64,000 nt of DNA from a bacterium. GTDB taxonomy: Bacteria; Orphanbacterota; Orphanbacteria; JBJXGV01. The stretch is from the NCBI GenBank assembly GCA_046160485.1, contig JBJXGV010000002.1:77380-141379 (forward strand), in the 5' to 3' direction. Below, in pieces: positions 35,453-44,417 of the stretch. Positions within the stretch are counted from its first letter, which is position 1. The number at the start of each line of letters is the position of its first letter. Under the pieces are notes generated by a model, which did not search any database, was not told the DNA's origin, and saw only the letters and a program-made list of their open reading frames with translations. The position numbers and the translations under genes were made by a program.

Positions 35453-38374
35453 TTACGTTGCGGGCGCGAGCAACTCGAGCAGCTCGTCGCGCGAGAGTGC
35501 CTTCAGCGTCGACGACTCGTCTGCTTCGACGACCGCGTCCATGAGCGCGCCCTTCTCGCGAATCATCTTGTCGATCCGTTCCTCGATCGTGCCGAGCGTC
35601 ACGAGCTTCCACACCTGCACTCCGCGCGATTGTCCGATGCGGTGAACGCGGTCCGTCGCCTGATTTTCGCGCGCCGCGTTCCACCAGCGATCGTAGTGCA
35701 CGACGACGGACGCCGCCGTGAGATCGATGCCGAGCCCGCCGGCGAGAAGGCTGCCGACGAAGACGCGGCATTGCGGATCGTTCTGGAACTTGTGGAGCTG
35801 TCCTTTGCGGTCGACCGTGCTGCCGCGCAGCTTCGCGAACCCGATCTGCTTTTCGTTGAGGTGCGCCTCGATCAAGTCGAGCATCTCGAGATACTGGCTG
35901 AAGACGACGACCTTCTCGTCGGCTTCGATGATCTCCTCGATCAATTCCTTGAACGCTTCGAATTTTCCCGAGACCATTTCGGACTTCTTGCCGCCGCGCG
36001 CGACGAGTGCCGGGTGGTCGCAGAGCCGCTTAAGCAGCGTGAGCACCGCGAAGATGTGGATGTAGTCGACCGGCTCGCTGCCGGAACGGAGCCGGTCGAT
36101 GAGCGGCGCGGCGCGGCGCGCGAGAATCTCGCGGTAGATCGCCGCTTGCTGCGGCGAGAGCCGGCACGTGCGGTAGTCCTCGACCTTCTTCGGCAGCTCG
36201 GTCAGCACGTCGCGCTTGAGGCGGCGCAGCTTGAATGGGCGGATCGCGCGCTTGAGCGCATCGACGCGCTCCGCGTCGCCGAGCTGAATCGGTTTGGCGA
36301 AGCGGCGCTCGAAATCGCGCTCCGTTCCGAGGTAGCCCGGGATCAAGAACTCCATGATCGACCAGAGTTCGATGGCGCGATTCTCGATCGGCGTTCCCGT
36401 GATCGCGAGGCGGTGTCGCGCGCGTAGATTGCGCGCGAACCGCGACGTGACCGTCTCGGGGTTCTTAATCTTCTGCGCCTCGTCGAGCACGACGTACTCC
36501 CAGTCGATTCCCGTGAGCATCGCGGCAGAGCGCGCAACGATTCCGTACGTCGTGACGACGAGTTTGTGGCGCGCGATTTCGGCGGCGTCTTTCTCGCGTG
36601 CGAGGCCGTGGAAGATCATCGGCGCAAGCGACGGCGCGTACGCGGTCACCTTGGCCTCCCAGTGATCGAGCACCGAGCGCGGGCAGATCACGAGCGACGG
36701 TCGCGACGGCGCGGGGTTCGCGGCGTAGACGCCGAGGAGGAGCGCCATCACCTCGTGTGTTTTTCCGAGCCCCATCTCGTCGGCGAGAATGCCGCCGAAC
36801 TCCGACTCGCGGAGCCACCAGAGCCACTCGTACCCGATTGCCTGGTAGTGGCGCAGCGAGCCGTGCATCCCGAGCGATTCGAGCGGCGGCGGCGGCGTCA
36901 GCGGCTTCATCGACGCGACGCGATCGATGACAGCGCGCGCGTCGTCGTCCGCGTCGAACTCGATCTCGCGCCCGCCCCAGCTCGCCTGCGCTCGCAACAG
37001 GCCGGTCCGCGCGACGCGCACGCCGCTCTCGCCGGCTTCAAGACGTACCGGCGCGACCTCGTCGAGCATCGCGGCGCGATCGACGGGAATCCAATCGTTG
37101 CCGCGGCGCAGCCAACCGCTCTCGCCGGCGTCGATCACATCCTTGAGCGACACGCGGTACTTGCCGGAGCGATAGACGGGATCGAGCCAGAACCACGCCT
37201 CGGCGCCGCTCTGGCTTTCGCCCGCATTCGCGAAGGCGCTCGCCCCGTCGGGTGCGGCGCCCGAATCGCGCGCAGGCCGCTGCGTTCGCGCGTGCACTTC
37301 CGCAAGCGAGGCGTTCTTCAGCACGCGGCTCGCGCGCACGATCGGCGAGACGCGCACGCTGCGATTGGCCCGCAGCGCCGGCAGAGTGTTCGTCAGGAAG
37401 CCCGGAATCTTCGCGCCGCTCACGCGCGATGGCAGCGTTCCCGCGAGGACCTTGTCGACCGGCGAATCGAGATCGCGCGACACTGGGAAGTAGCCGAGGC
37501 CATCGATAACCCACGTGCGGTTTTCCTCGTCGACGACGATGTCGCGGCTGTCGATCGCGCGCGCCGGTGTCTTCGCGGCGGGGAAGTGGACGTGGGGCGA
37601 AAGCAAGAGATCGCCGGTCGCATCGTAGTGAACGTGGAGTGAGAGCCGCGCGGAGGTTCGCCGCAGTTTGACCGCTTGCGCCGGCGCGCTCCACGAAACG
37701 TTCGCGCGCGCGTGCAAGAGGTCGAGAAGCGTCGGGACGAGCCGCGCCTCGAGCCGGTACTGCGCGGTCGGCGGCGGCCCGTCGCCCTCGCGCACGCCGT
37801 CACGCGCCCAGCCGCTGACGACGAGCCCAGGTCCGCCATCGTCGAGTTCGACGCGCCACGTCCATCGTTCGACGTGACTCTTGATGCCGTCGGCGAGTTC
37901 CCATGGCTCCAGCGGCGAGAAGCTGTGCGCGCGGTCGTCGCGCGAGTGGTCGAGCGGGTTCACCGAAATCGCGCGGCGGATTTGCAGCCCGCCTGCGGCA
38001 TCGGTGCGGCGCGCTTGCGACGGCCCCACTCGGCGCACGCCGTCGCGCTGGTCGATCCAAACCAGAAGCGTCGCGACCACGTGTTTGCAGATCGCCGCGG
38101 TCCGTTTGAAGTACGGACAGTCGCACGCGCCGTCGACGTTGCCGCCGCGCTGGTCGAACACCCGCACGCGATACGGGCGCCGCCGCGTCGCCGACGCGAC
38201 GAGCGCGCGCAGCCCTTGCTTCGTGAACATGATTTCGCGCACGGATCCATCGAGCGCGTACTCGCGCCCGCGTGTGTAGACGATGGGCGAGGCGTCGATG
38301 CGGACATCGTTCGGCCGGATCGTGTCCAAGGAGGGCATCCGCGTGAGGATGAACGATCGCTCCGGCGGATTCAA
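35453..38374 (-). CDS. SNF2-family DEAD/DEAH helicase with N-terminal SWIM zinc finger
   Basis: SWIM 'CDCPYFKRTAAICKHVVA'. 'LRHYQAIGYEWLWWL...ILADEMGLGKT'. DEAQ box 'VVLDEAQKIKN'. C-terminal helicase motifs 'VHYDRWWNAARENQATDRVHRIGQ'. Confidence 0.8.
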   Translation of the reverse strand: MNPPERSFILTRMPSLDTIRPNDVRIDASPIVYTRGREYALDGSVREIMFTKQGLRALVASATRRRPYRVRVFDQRGGNVDGACDCPYFKRTAAICKHVVATLLVWIDQRDGVRRVGPSQARRTDAAGGLQIRRAISVNPLDHSRDDRAHSFSPLEPWELADGIKSHVERWTWRVELDDGGPGLVVSGWARDGVREGDGPPPTAQYRLEARLVPTLLDLLHARANVSWSAPAQAVKLRRTSARLSLHVHYDATGDLLLSPHVHFPAAKTPARAIDSRDIVVDEENRTWVIDGLGYFPVSRDLDSPVDKVLAGTLPSRVSGAKIPGFLTNTLPALRANRSVRVSPIVRASRVLKNASLAEVHARTQRPARDSGAAPDGASAFANAGESQSGAEAWFWLDPVYRSGKYRVSLKDVIDAGESGWLRRGNDWIPVDRAAMLDEVAPVRLEAGESGVRVARTGLLRAQASWGGREIEFDADDDARAVIDRVASMKPLTPPPPLESLGMHGSLRHYQAIGYEWLWWLRESEFGGILADEMGLGKTHEVMALLLGVYAANPAPSRPSLVICPRSVLDHWEAKVTAYAPSLAPMIFHGLAREKDAAEIARHKLVVTTYGIVARSAAMLTGIDWEYVVLDEAQKIKNPETVTSRFARNLRARHRLAITGTPIENRAIELWSIMEFLIPGYLGTERDFERRFAKPIQLGDAERVDALKRAIRPFKLRRLKRDVLTELPKKVEDYRTCRLSPQQAAIYREILARRAAPLIDRLRSGSEPVDYIHIFAVLTLLKRLCDHPALVARGGKKSEMVSGKFEAFKELIEEIIEADEKVVVFSQYLEMLDLIEAHLNEKQIGFAKLRGSTVDRKGQLHKFQNDPQCRVFVGSLLAGGLGIDLTAASVVVHYDRWWNAARENQATDRVHRIGQSRGVQVWKLVTLGTIEERIDKMIREKGALMDAVVEADESSTLKALSRDELLELLAPAT

Positions 38375-38451
38375 GGGGCCGTAATGACGCGTTCAAGGAG
38401 TTCGGGCGGAGTGCCGAAAATGAGGGGGATTACCTAGGGGGGAGATTCGGC

Positions 38452-39504
38452 ATGGACCATGACGCCCGAGAGAAGAGACGCCCGTCCACAACCGAGGACC
38501 TGATCGCACTCGGGGAGGCGAGCCTGTTGTTCTACGGCTTGCACGAATGGAGCTCGAAGACCGCGAAAGCACTCGAACCGAGCGAGGTTCTTCAAGAATC
38601 GGCAAGTTTTATCGAAAACAACCTCGCCGCCACGGATGTGTTGTTCACGTTCATTGGGCCCGACACGCAGCTGTTGCAGCGGGCGGCGGAGCGAATCGCG
38701 CGTCACGCGGATCGCGATCCCGCGCTCGCGACCCGGCGCGGACGGGGCGCGTGGCACCGCCTCGGCGATCGCACCTATTTCGAGCTGAGCGGGCGTGCGC
38801 GTCCGATCGGCTTCTTCTCGCTCGTGGACGCCACGGAGGACGAGCAGACGCAGCGTCACACGCATCTCTTGCTGGAGATCCTCGCCACACAGCTTGGCGT
38901 GCTCTGCGAGAACTCGGTGCTCAATCACCAGATGCGCGAGCTGTCGCGGCGCGATCCGCTCACGGGACTCATGAACCGGCGCGCGCTCGAAGAGTCGATG
39001 CACACGCTCATCCGGCAGCAGACCGCGTCGACGCTCTACATGCTCGACATCGATCGCTTCAAGAGCATCAACGATACGTTCGGCCACGCCACGGGAGACG
39101 AGGTTCTCAAGGTTGTCGGTCACACGCTCGCGAGCGGCGTGCGCGCCTGCGATATCGCGGCGCGTTACGGCGGCGAAGAGTTGACGGTGATTCTGCGCGA
39201 CGTCGACATGGCGGAGATTCGTGCGGCGGGCGAGAGTTTGCGCAAGCGGATCGAGCAGATCGACTGGCAGGAGCTTGGTCTCGATCGGCCCGTGACGGTG
39301 AGTGTCGGCGCCGCGGCGCGGATTTCCGGCGACTCCGAGTCGCAGAGCTGGATCCGTCGCGCCGACGAGGCGCTCTACCTCGCGAAGGAAGCCGGCCGCA
39401 ACCGCGTCGTCGTGTGGTCGCCCACGAGCACCGGGATCTCGCACACCGAGTGGGTCACGAGCCCCGAGCGCGAGCATGCGCTCCCGCGCACACAGTCTCG
39501 CTAG
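38452..39504 (+). CDS. GGDEF-domain diguanylate cyclase with N-terminal sensory (GAF-like) region
   Basis: RBS GGGGGGAG. 'LTGLMNRRALEE', 'YMLDIDRFKSINDTFGHATGDEVL' and the active site 'RYGGEEL'. Confidence 0.8.
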   Translation: MDHDAREKRRPSTTEDLIALGEASLLFYGLHEWSSKTAKALEPSEVLQESASFIENNLAATDVLFTFIGPDTQLLQRAAERIARHADRDPALATRRGRGAWHRLGDRTYFELSGRARPIGFFSLVDATEDEQTQRHTHLLLEILATQLGVLCENSVLNHQMRELSRRDPLTGLMNRRALEESMHTLIRQQTASTLYMLDIDRFKSINDTFGHATGDEVLKVVGHTLASGVRACDIAARYGGEELTVILRDVDMAEIRAAGESLRKRIEQIDWQELGLDRPVTVSVGAAARISGDSESQSWIRRADEALYLAKEAGRNRVVVWSPTSTGISHTEWVTSPEREHALPRTQSR

Positions 39505-39582
39505 ACGCGGCGCGCGCCTGACTCGCGCGGGCGGATTCCTCGGTCAGACGAAAGGAGCCAACTGCTCCTCGGTTGGTTCCGC

Positions 39583-40998
39583 TCAGCAGAACCACGGCTC
39601 CGTAAGGTACGGAACGGGCGCGCGAAGCGGTGCGAGCCCAGCGGGAATGGCCGCGTCCGTGCCGACGCGCTCCGTGCCGAGCGGCGCACTCGCCGACAGC
39701 GATTCCTCGGCGTCGCCGGCGAGTGCGCGCTGCGCGATCACGCGGATCGCGTCGAACGTCACGCGGCGCGACTCGCCGGACGCTTCGCCGCGACGGATAC
39801 GCGCCATCACAGCCGCGTGCAGCGCATCGACGCGGGGGTCCGAATGCGTCCAGCGCCACGACATCGCGTCGTCGTCGAAGTCGCCGAGGAGCGCGCGCAC
39901 CTCCGGCAGTTCGAGCAGACGCGAGCCGGCCGGCACGAGCAGTCGAATGGCGAATTGGATCGGCGCAACGCTGTCGACGAGATCGAGCGCGTCGATGCGG
40001 TCGAGGAGCGCGCGAAATCCTGGCAGCGTCGTCCACGGCATGAACGTCACGAAGGTCGGCGCGAGATGAACACCGGCGGCGCGGCAAAGCGCGACGGCGC
40101 GCGCGAAGTCGGCGGCTGTATGCCCCTTGTCGAGGAGCGCGAGGATATCGTCGTCGATCGACTCGACCGCTGTCGTCACGATCAGGCAGCCGGTTTCGTG
40201 GAGAACCGGTAGTTCGCGCGCGTGCGCGAGGAGGTGTTCGATCTTGATCGTGACATCGTACGTGAGCTGCGGGAACTGCTCGTGAAGCGCGCGGACCAGC
40301 GGCATCGCGTGCCCCGGCGCATTCAAGAAGTCGGGATCGCCGAACGTGATGTGTTGTGCCCCGGCCGCAACCTGCGCGCGGATATCGGCGAGCACGGCGT
40401 CGCGATCGACGACGCGAAAGTGACCTGCGTAGACCGGCACGACGGGGCAGTGTCGGCAGAGATGTTTGCAGCCGCGGCTCGCCTCGGTGTAGCCGACCGC
40501 CTTCTCGGATCCGTCGGGAAGGCTCAGGCGCGCGTAGTGGGCGAGTGGCGGGAGGCCGGCGCGCGCGGGCGCGAGGAACTGTTGGCGGTCGACGGAGATC
40601 TCGGGGAGCGGCGCGGGCGGGCGCTCCGCGGCGATGTCGCGCGCGAGCGCCGCGAGCGGCGCCTCGAATTCTCCGCCGAGGATCGTCTGCGCGCCGAGCG
40701 AGCGCAGGTAGCCGGCGTTCATCGGCGCATAGAGCCCGTAGCACGCGATGTGCGCCGCGGGGTTGAGCGCGCGCACGCGCGGCAGAACGCGCGCCGCGAT
40801 GCGAGCCGCGGTGTGCATCGGCACGTAGATCGCGATGAGTTGAGCGGCGCGTACGGCGCCTTCGTCGAGGTGCTCGACGGCGACGTCGTTCATCGCCACG
40901 CGCGCACCATCGCGCGCAAGCCACGCCGCCGGCGACGCGAGCCCGAACGGCTGCCGGCCGAGTTCGTACGTCGAGATCAGCAAAACGTGGAGCGGCAT
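39583..40998 (-). CDS. radical SAM protein with N-terminal B12-binding-like domain (class B-like), C-terminus ...TEPWFC
   Basis: CxxxCxxC 'CKHLCRHC' preceded by a Rossmann-like 'HVLLISTYELGRQPFGL'. 471 aa. Confidence 0.6.
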   Translation of the reverse strand: MPLHVLLISTYELGRQPFGLASPAAWLARDGARVAMNDVAVEHLDEGAVRAAQLIAIYVPMHTAARIAARVLPRVRALNPAAHIACYGLYAPMNAGYLRSLGAQTILGGEFEAPLAALARDIAAERPPAPLPEISVDRQQFLAPARAGLPPLAHYARLSLPDGSEKAVGYTEASRGCKHLCRHCPVVPVYAGHFRVVDRDAVLADIRAQVAAGAQHITFGDPDFLNAPGHAMPLVRALHEQFPQLTYDVTIKIEHLLAHARELPVLHETGCLIVTTAVESIDDDILALLDKGHTAADFARAVALCRAAGVHLAPTFVTFMPWTTLPGFRALLDRIDALDLVDSVAPIQFAIRLLVPAGSRLLELPEVRALLGDFDDDAMSWRWTHSDPRVDALHAAVMARIRRGEASGESRRVTFDAIRVIAQRALAGDAEESLSASAPLGTERVGTDAAIPAGLAPLRAPVPYLTEPWFC

Positions 40999-41200
40999 TC
41001 GTCCCCCCGGGACACGGAAGCACTCATGGTCGCGGTTGCGTGCGATGCGCGGATGCGCTGGGCGAGCCTATTCCCGCGCGCGCGCCGCGTAAAGCCGGCT
41101 TCAGGCGCGGGGATCGGTGTGATAGAATTCACGCGGCTTGAACCGCTGCGGAATCCTTCCCATTGTGCAGCGCGGCGCGAGCCGCCCAACGGAGGAGACC

Positions 41201-41494
41201 ATGGCCGACGAGACCAAGCCGCGGCTTGTGAATTGCGTGAAGCTCAGCAAAGAGCTTCCGGGTGTAGACCGCAAGCCCTTCAAGGACGACCTCGGGCAGC
41301 GGATCTACGACAACGTCTCGCAAGAGGCGTGGAAGATGTGGATGGCGCACATGACGATGCTCGTCAACGAATACCGTCTGAGCCTCACCGATGGCGAGGC
41401 GCAGAAGTTTCTCAAGGCCCAGTGCGAGTCGTTTTTTTTCGGAGAAGGCTCCGCGCTGCCGCCCGACTTTAAGGCCCCTTCCGCGAAGCACTAA
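41201..41494 (+). CDS. yggX: Fe(II)-trafficking / oxidative damage protection protein YggX
   Basis: RBS GGAGGAG. 'GQRIYDNVSQEAWKMWMAHMTMLVNEYRL' matches the YggX family. Confidence 0.8.
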   Translation: MADETKPRLVNCVKLSKELPGVDRKPFKDDLGQRIYDNVSQEAWKMWMAHMTMLVNEYRLSLTDGEAQKFLKAQCESFFFGEGSALPPDFKAPSAKH

Positions 41495-41528
41495 CGCGAG
41501 GCGTACTCATCAAGCGAGGGAAGCCGTC

Positions 41529-43010
41529 ATGAAAACGCACGAACGGTTGGATCGAACTCACACTGGCGCACCCGCACGGATTCTTTGCGTCGCCGCCGCG
41601 ATCGCACTCTTGGCGCTTGCGATCGCGGGTTGCGGGAGCGACAACCCCGGCTCGCCTCCGGTCGACGACACGACGCGCCTAGCAGGCGGCGGTCGCGAGG
41701 CGAGCGACGATCCTTTCGTCGGTGGAAGCGACGACTCGGGGCTCGTGCCGCCGGGCGACATGCCCGACTTCGTGGGCGGGCTCATTCCGGTTTTCTATTC
41801 GGTGAGGAATTGCGAGGGCGTCGCGTTCGAGCGGGTCATCACCGATTCGGATACGTGGGTTGCGTGGTGGACCGCCGCGACGGCTTGCGACGATTTCGCG
41901 CCCGATCCCGAGGACGATCCGCCGCCTCCCACGCTTGCGCTCGGCGAATTTCGCGCCGGCGACGACGACTCGCTTCCGGATGATCGCCCGCCGGACGATC
42001 CGACGTTTCCCCCCGGCGATCCCGCTGACACGGGCTGGGTCGAACCCGACACCGGCTGGACCGATCCTGGCTATCCCGGCGATCCGTGGGCCGGCGGTCC
42101 GCCGCAAATCGATTTCACGCGCTACGTCATCGTCGTGATCGGGCTCGATACCGCGCCCGGCTGGGGGCGCTCGCTGCAAGTGACGGAAGCCTCGCTCGTC
42201 GCGGGAGTGGCGACGGTGCGCTACCAGGTCGCGACGCTCGGCGAGGACTGCCGCGACCTTCTCATGGGACCGTTTATCCCCGAATCGATCGAGACTTCAC
42301 CCGTGATCGCGGTGCTCGTCGAGAAGCCGTTCGATCTGGCGCCCGTTTTCGCGCGCAGCGACACCGTGTGGAATTGCACGTGGGCTCCCGATCCGAACGA
42401 GCCGCTCACGATCTACTACTCCGACACGGAGTGCGCGCTCGGCGACGACGAGCAGGTCTTCACGGACGCGGCGCGCTGGGAGTCGTGGCTTGCGACCGCG
42501 ACCGCGTGCGACATCGACCGCTGGAACGATGATACGAAGCCGCCGCTACCGGATGGCGTCGATGGCGACGACGCGGAGGGTGGCGTCGAGCCGGGCGTGC
42601 CGCCCACGCTTTGGATCGGCGTCGACGTCGATTTCACGACGCACGCCGTGATCGTGCTGCGTTCGGTGACGCAGTCGCGGTGGGGCGGCGGCATCTGGCT
42701 CAACGCGATCGACAAGAGCGGCGCGGGAACGCGCATCGACTACTCGGTGATGCAGCCGAGCGACGATTGCCCGCCGATCGAAGGCGACTTCTCGATGCGT
42801 CCGACGGTGGCGATCCGCGTGCCGCTGCCGCTCGCAAGCCCTGTCACGTTCACCCGCAACGTCGAGACGATCGATTGCCGCTGGGATGGTGTGGAGCCCG
42901 TCGACGGCGACGACGCTGACGGTGGAATCGGAAGCGGCGATGTCAGCGGCGACGATCACTCCGACGACAACGGCGGTCCGCCGCAGAAGCCGAATTACAT
43001 TCCGGAGTAG
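41529..43010 (+). CDS. Asp/Pro/Trp-rich lipoprotein built from two homologous ~200-aa Cys-containing modules
   Basis: Lipobox 'LALAIAGC'. Module 1 (..NCEGVAFERVITDSDTWVAWWTAATACDDF...FTRYVIVVIGLD...DCRDLL...NCTW) aligns with module 2 (..TECALGDDEQVFTDAARWESWLATATACDID...FTTHAVIVLRSV...DCPPIE...DCRW). Confidence 0.5.
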   Translation: MKTHERLDRTHTGAPARILCVAAAIALLALAIAGCGSDNPGSPPVDDTTRLAGGGREASDDPFVGGSDDSGLVPPGDMPDFVGGLIPVFYSVRNCEGVAFERVITDSDTWVAWWTAATACDDFAPDPEDDPPPPTLALGEFRAGDDDSLPDDRPPDDPTFPPGDPADTGWVEPDTGWTDPGYPGDPWAGGPPQIDFTRYVIVVIGLDTAPGWGRSLQVTEASLVAGVATVRYQVATLGEDCRDLLMGPFIPESIETSPVIAVLVEKPFDLAPVFARSDTVWNCTWAPDPNEPLTIYYSDTECALGDDEQVFTDAARWESWLATATACDIDRWNDDTKPPLPDGVDGDDAEGGVEPGVPPTLWIGVDVDFTTHAVIVLRSVTQSRWGGGIWLNAIDKSGAGTRIDYSVMQPSDDCPPIEGDFSMRPTVAIRVPLPLASPVTFTRNVETIDCRWDGVEPVDGDDADGGIGSGDVSGDDHSDDNGGPPQKPNYIPE

Positions 43011-43096
43011 TTCGAGCGGATTCGCTCTCGTGTGACGCGCGCGCGCCAGTTCGTCGACTGGCGCGCGCGATTGCGTTCGGGCTCGCCACCGCGTCG

Positions 43097-44395
43097 CTAG
43101 CCCGTCGTCGGCACGGCGCTCGGCGCGATGACGAACGTGAGTGCGGCGTGCGCAGCGCGTAGCGCGGCCTCGACGAACTCCGGCGTCTCGCCGCGCGCGA
43201 AAACGAACCCCAAATAGCTCGCGCCTTCGGGCAGCGGCACGACCGTCTGTCCTGGTTTTACGCTGATCGTCACGCTCTCGATTCCCGCGATCGCTTCGGC
43301 GGCTGCAACGCCGCGTACGTCTTTCAGGATTCCCGCGCGCGGTATCGGCAGCATCATCACGCCCGACGCGCCGTGTTCGCGCTCGAGTGAATCGACACCG
43401 AGGCCGAGCGCGGAACGAAGGATGATTTCCTCGAGCGATGCGCCGACGCCGAAGCGGAGCGCGCGCGAGCAGAGGCCGCCGATCGAGCGCGCCGCGATTT
43501 CGATCACGGTGGCGCTCGCGCCGCTCACGCGCAGCTCGGCGTGGATCGGCCCGGTCACGATGCCGAGCGCGCGCGCGGCGGCGGCCGTCTCCTCGGCGAT
43601 CGCGCGCTGCGCCTCGGCCGGCAGCCGCGACGGCGTGACGTAGATCGTCTCCTCGAAGAACGGGCCATCGAGCGGATCGGGCTTGTCGAAGATCGCGAGG
43701 ATGTTGACGACGCCCGCGTCGACGATCCCCTCGACGGCGACCTCGCAGCCCGGCACAAACTCTTCCGCGATGAGCCACTCGTTTTCGGGATCGCGCATCT
43801 TGCGGATTTCGGCGGTGCGAAGGAGCGTCGCGATGCGAGTGAAGGCGCGCACGAATGTGAGCCGGTCGTCGGCGCGGATTACGCCGCGGCTCGCCGAGAG
43901 GCGAAGCGGTTTGACGACGCACGGGAAGCCGACAGAACTTGCGACGGTGACGGCGGCACGCTCGGGCGTTTCATCGAGCGCGACGATCGTGTGCCGCGGC
44001 GAACGCACGCCGCCGCGCGCGAGCGCCTCGCGCAGCAGGCGCTTGTTGCTTGCCGCGAGCGCGGCGCTCACGGGATTGCACGCGAGGCCGAGTTCGCGCG
44101 CGGCCATCGCCGCGACAACCGCCATCCGATCGCCGCCCGGGATGATCGCGTCGACCGGCTGCTTGCGCGTGAAGTCGACGATCGCGCGCGCCGCCTCCTC
44201 CGCCCGATCGAAGTCGACGATCAAGAAACGCTCGTCGAACATCTCCGCGAGCACGTGGCATCGATCGGAGCCGACGATGAACCCGATGCCAAGCGCCCGC
44301 GCCGCCGCCGCGAAATCTTCGACGCGATAGCTTTGCGTGTCGGCAAGAAGAAGGGCCGTCTTGCGACGACCCTTCCCGGAAGCATCATCTCTCAT
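43097..44395 (-). CDS. ATP-grasp domain protein (carboxylate-amine/peptide ligase-like)
   Basis: Pre-ATP-grasp and ATP-grasp fold segments ('DAIIPGGDRMAVVAAMAARELGL', 'EEFVPGCEVAVEGIV'). Confidence 0.55.
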   Translation of the reverse strand: MRDDASGKGRRKTALLLADTQSYRVEDFAAAARALGIGFIVGSDRCHVLAEMFDERFLIVDFDRAEEAARAIVDFTRKQPVDAIIPGGDRMAVVAAMAARELGLACNPVSAALAASNKRLLREALARGGVRSPRHTIVALDETPERAAVTVASSVGFPCVVKPLRLSASRGVIRADDRLTFVRAFTRIATLLRTAEIRKMRDPENEWLIAEEFVPGCEVAVEGIVDAGVVNILAIFDKPDPLDGPFFEETIYVTPSRLPAEAQRAIAEETAAAARALGIVTGPIHAELRVSGASATVIEIAARSIGGLCSRALRFGVGASLEEIILRSALGLGVDSLEREHGASGVMMLPIPRAGILKDVRGVAAAEAIAGIESVTISVKPGQTVVPLPEGASYLGFVFARGETPEFVEAALRAAHAALTFVIAPSAVPTTG

Positions 44396-44417
44396 GTTCT
44401 GCCCGTGAGACGCGCGC

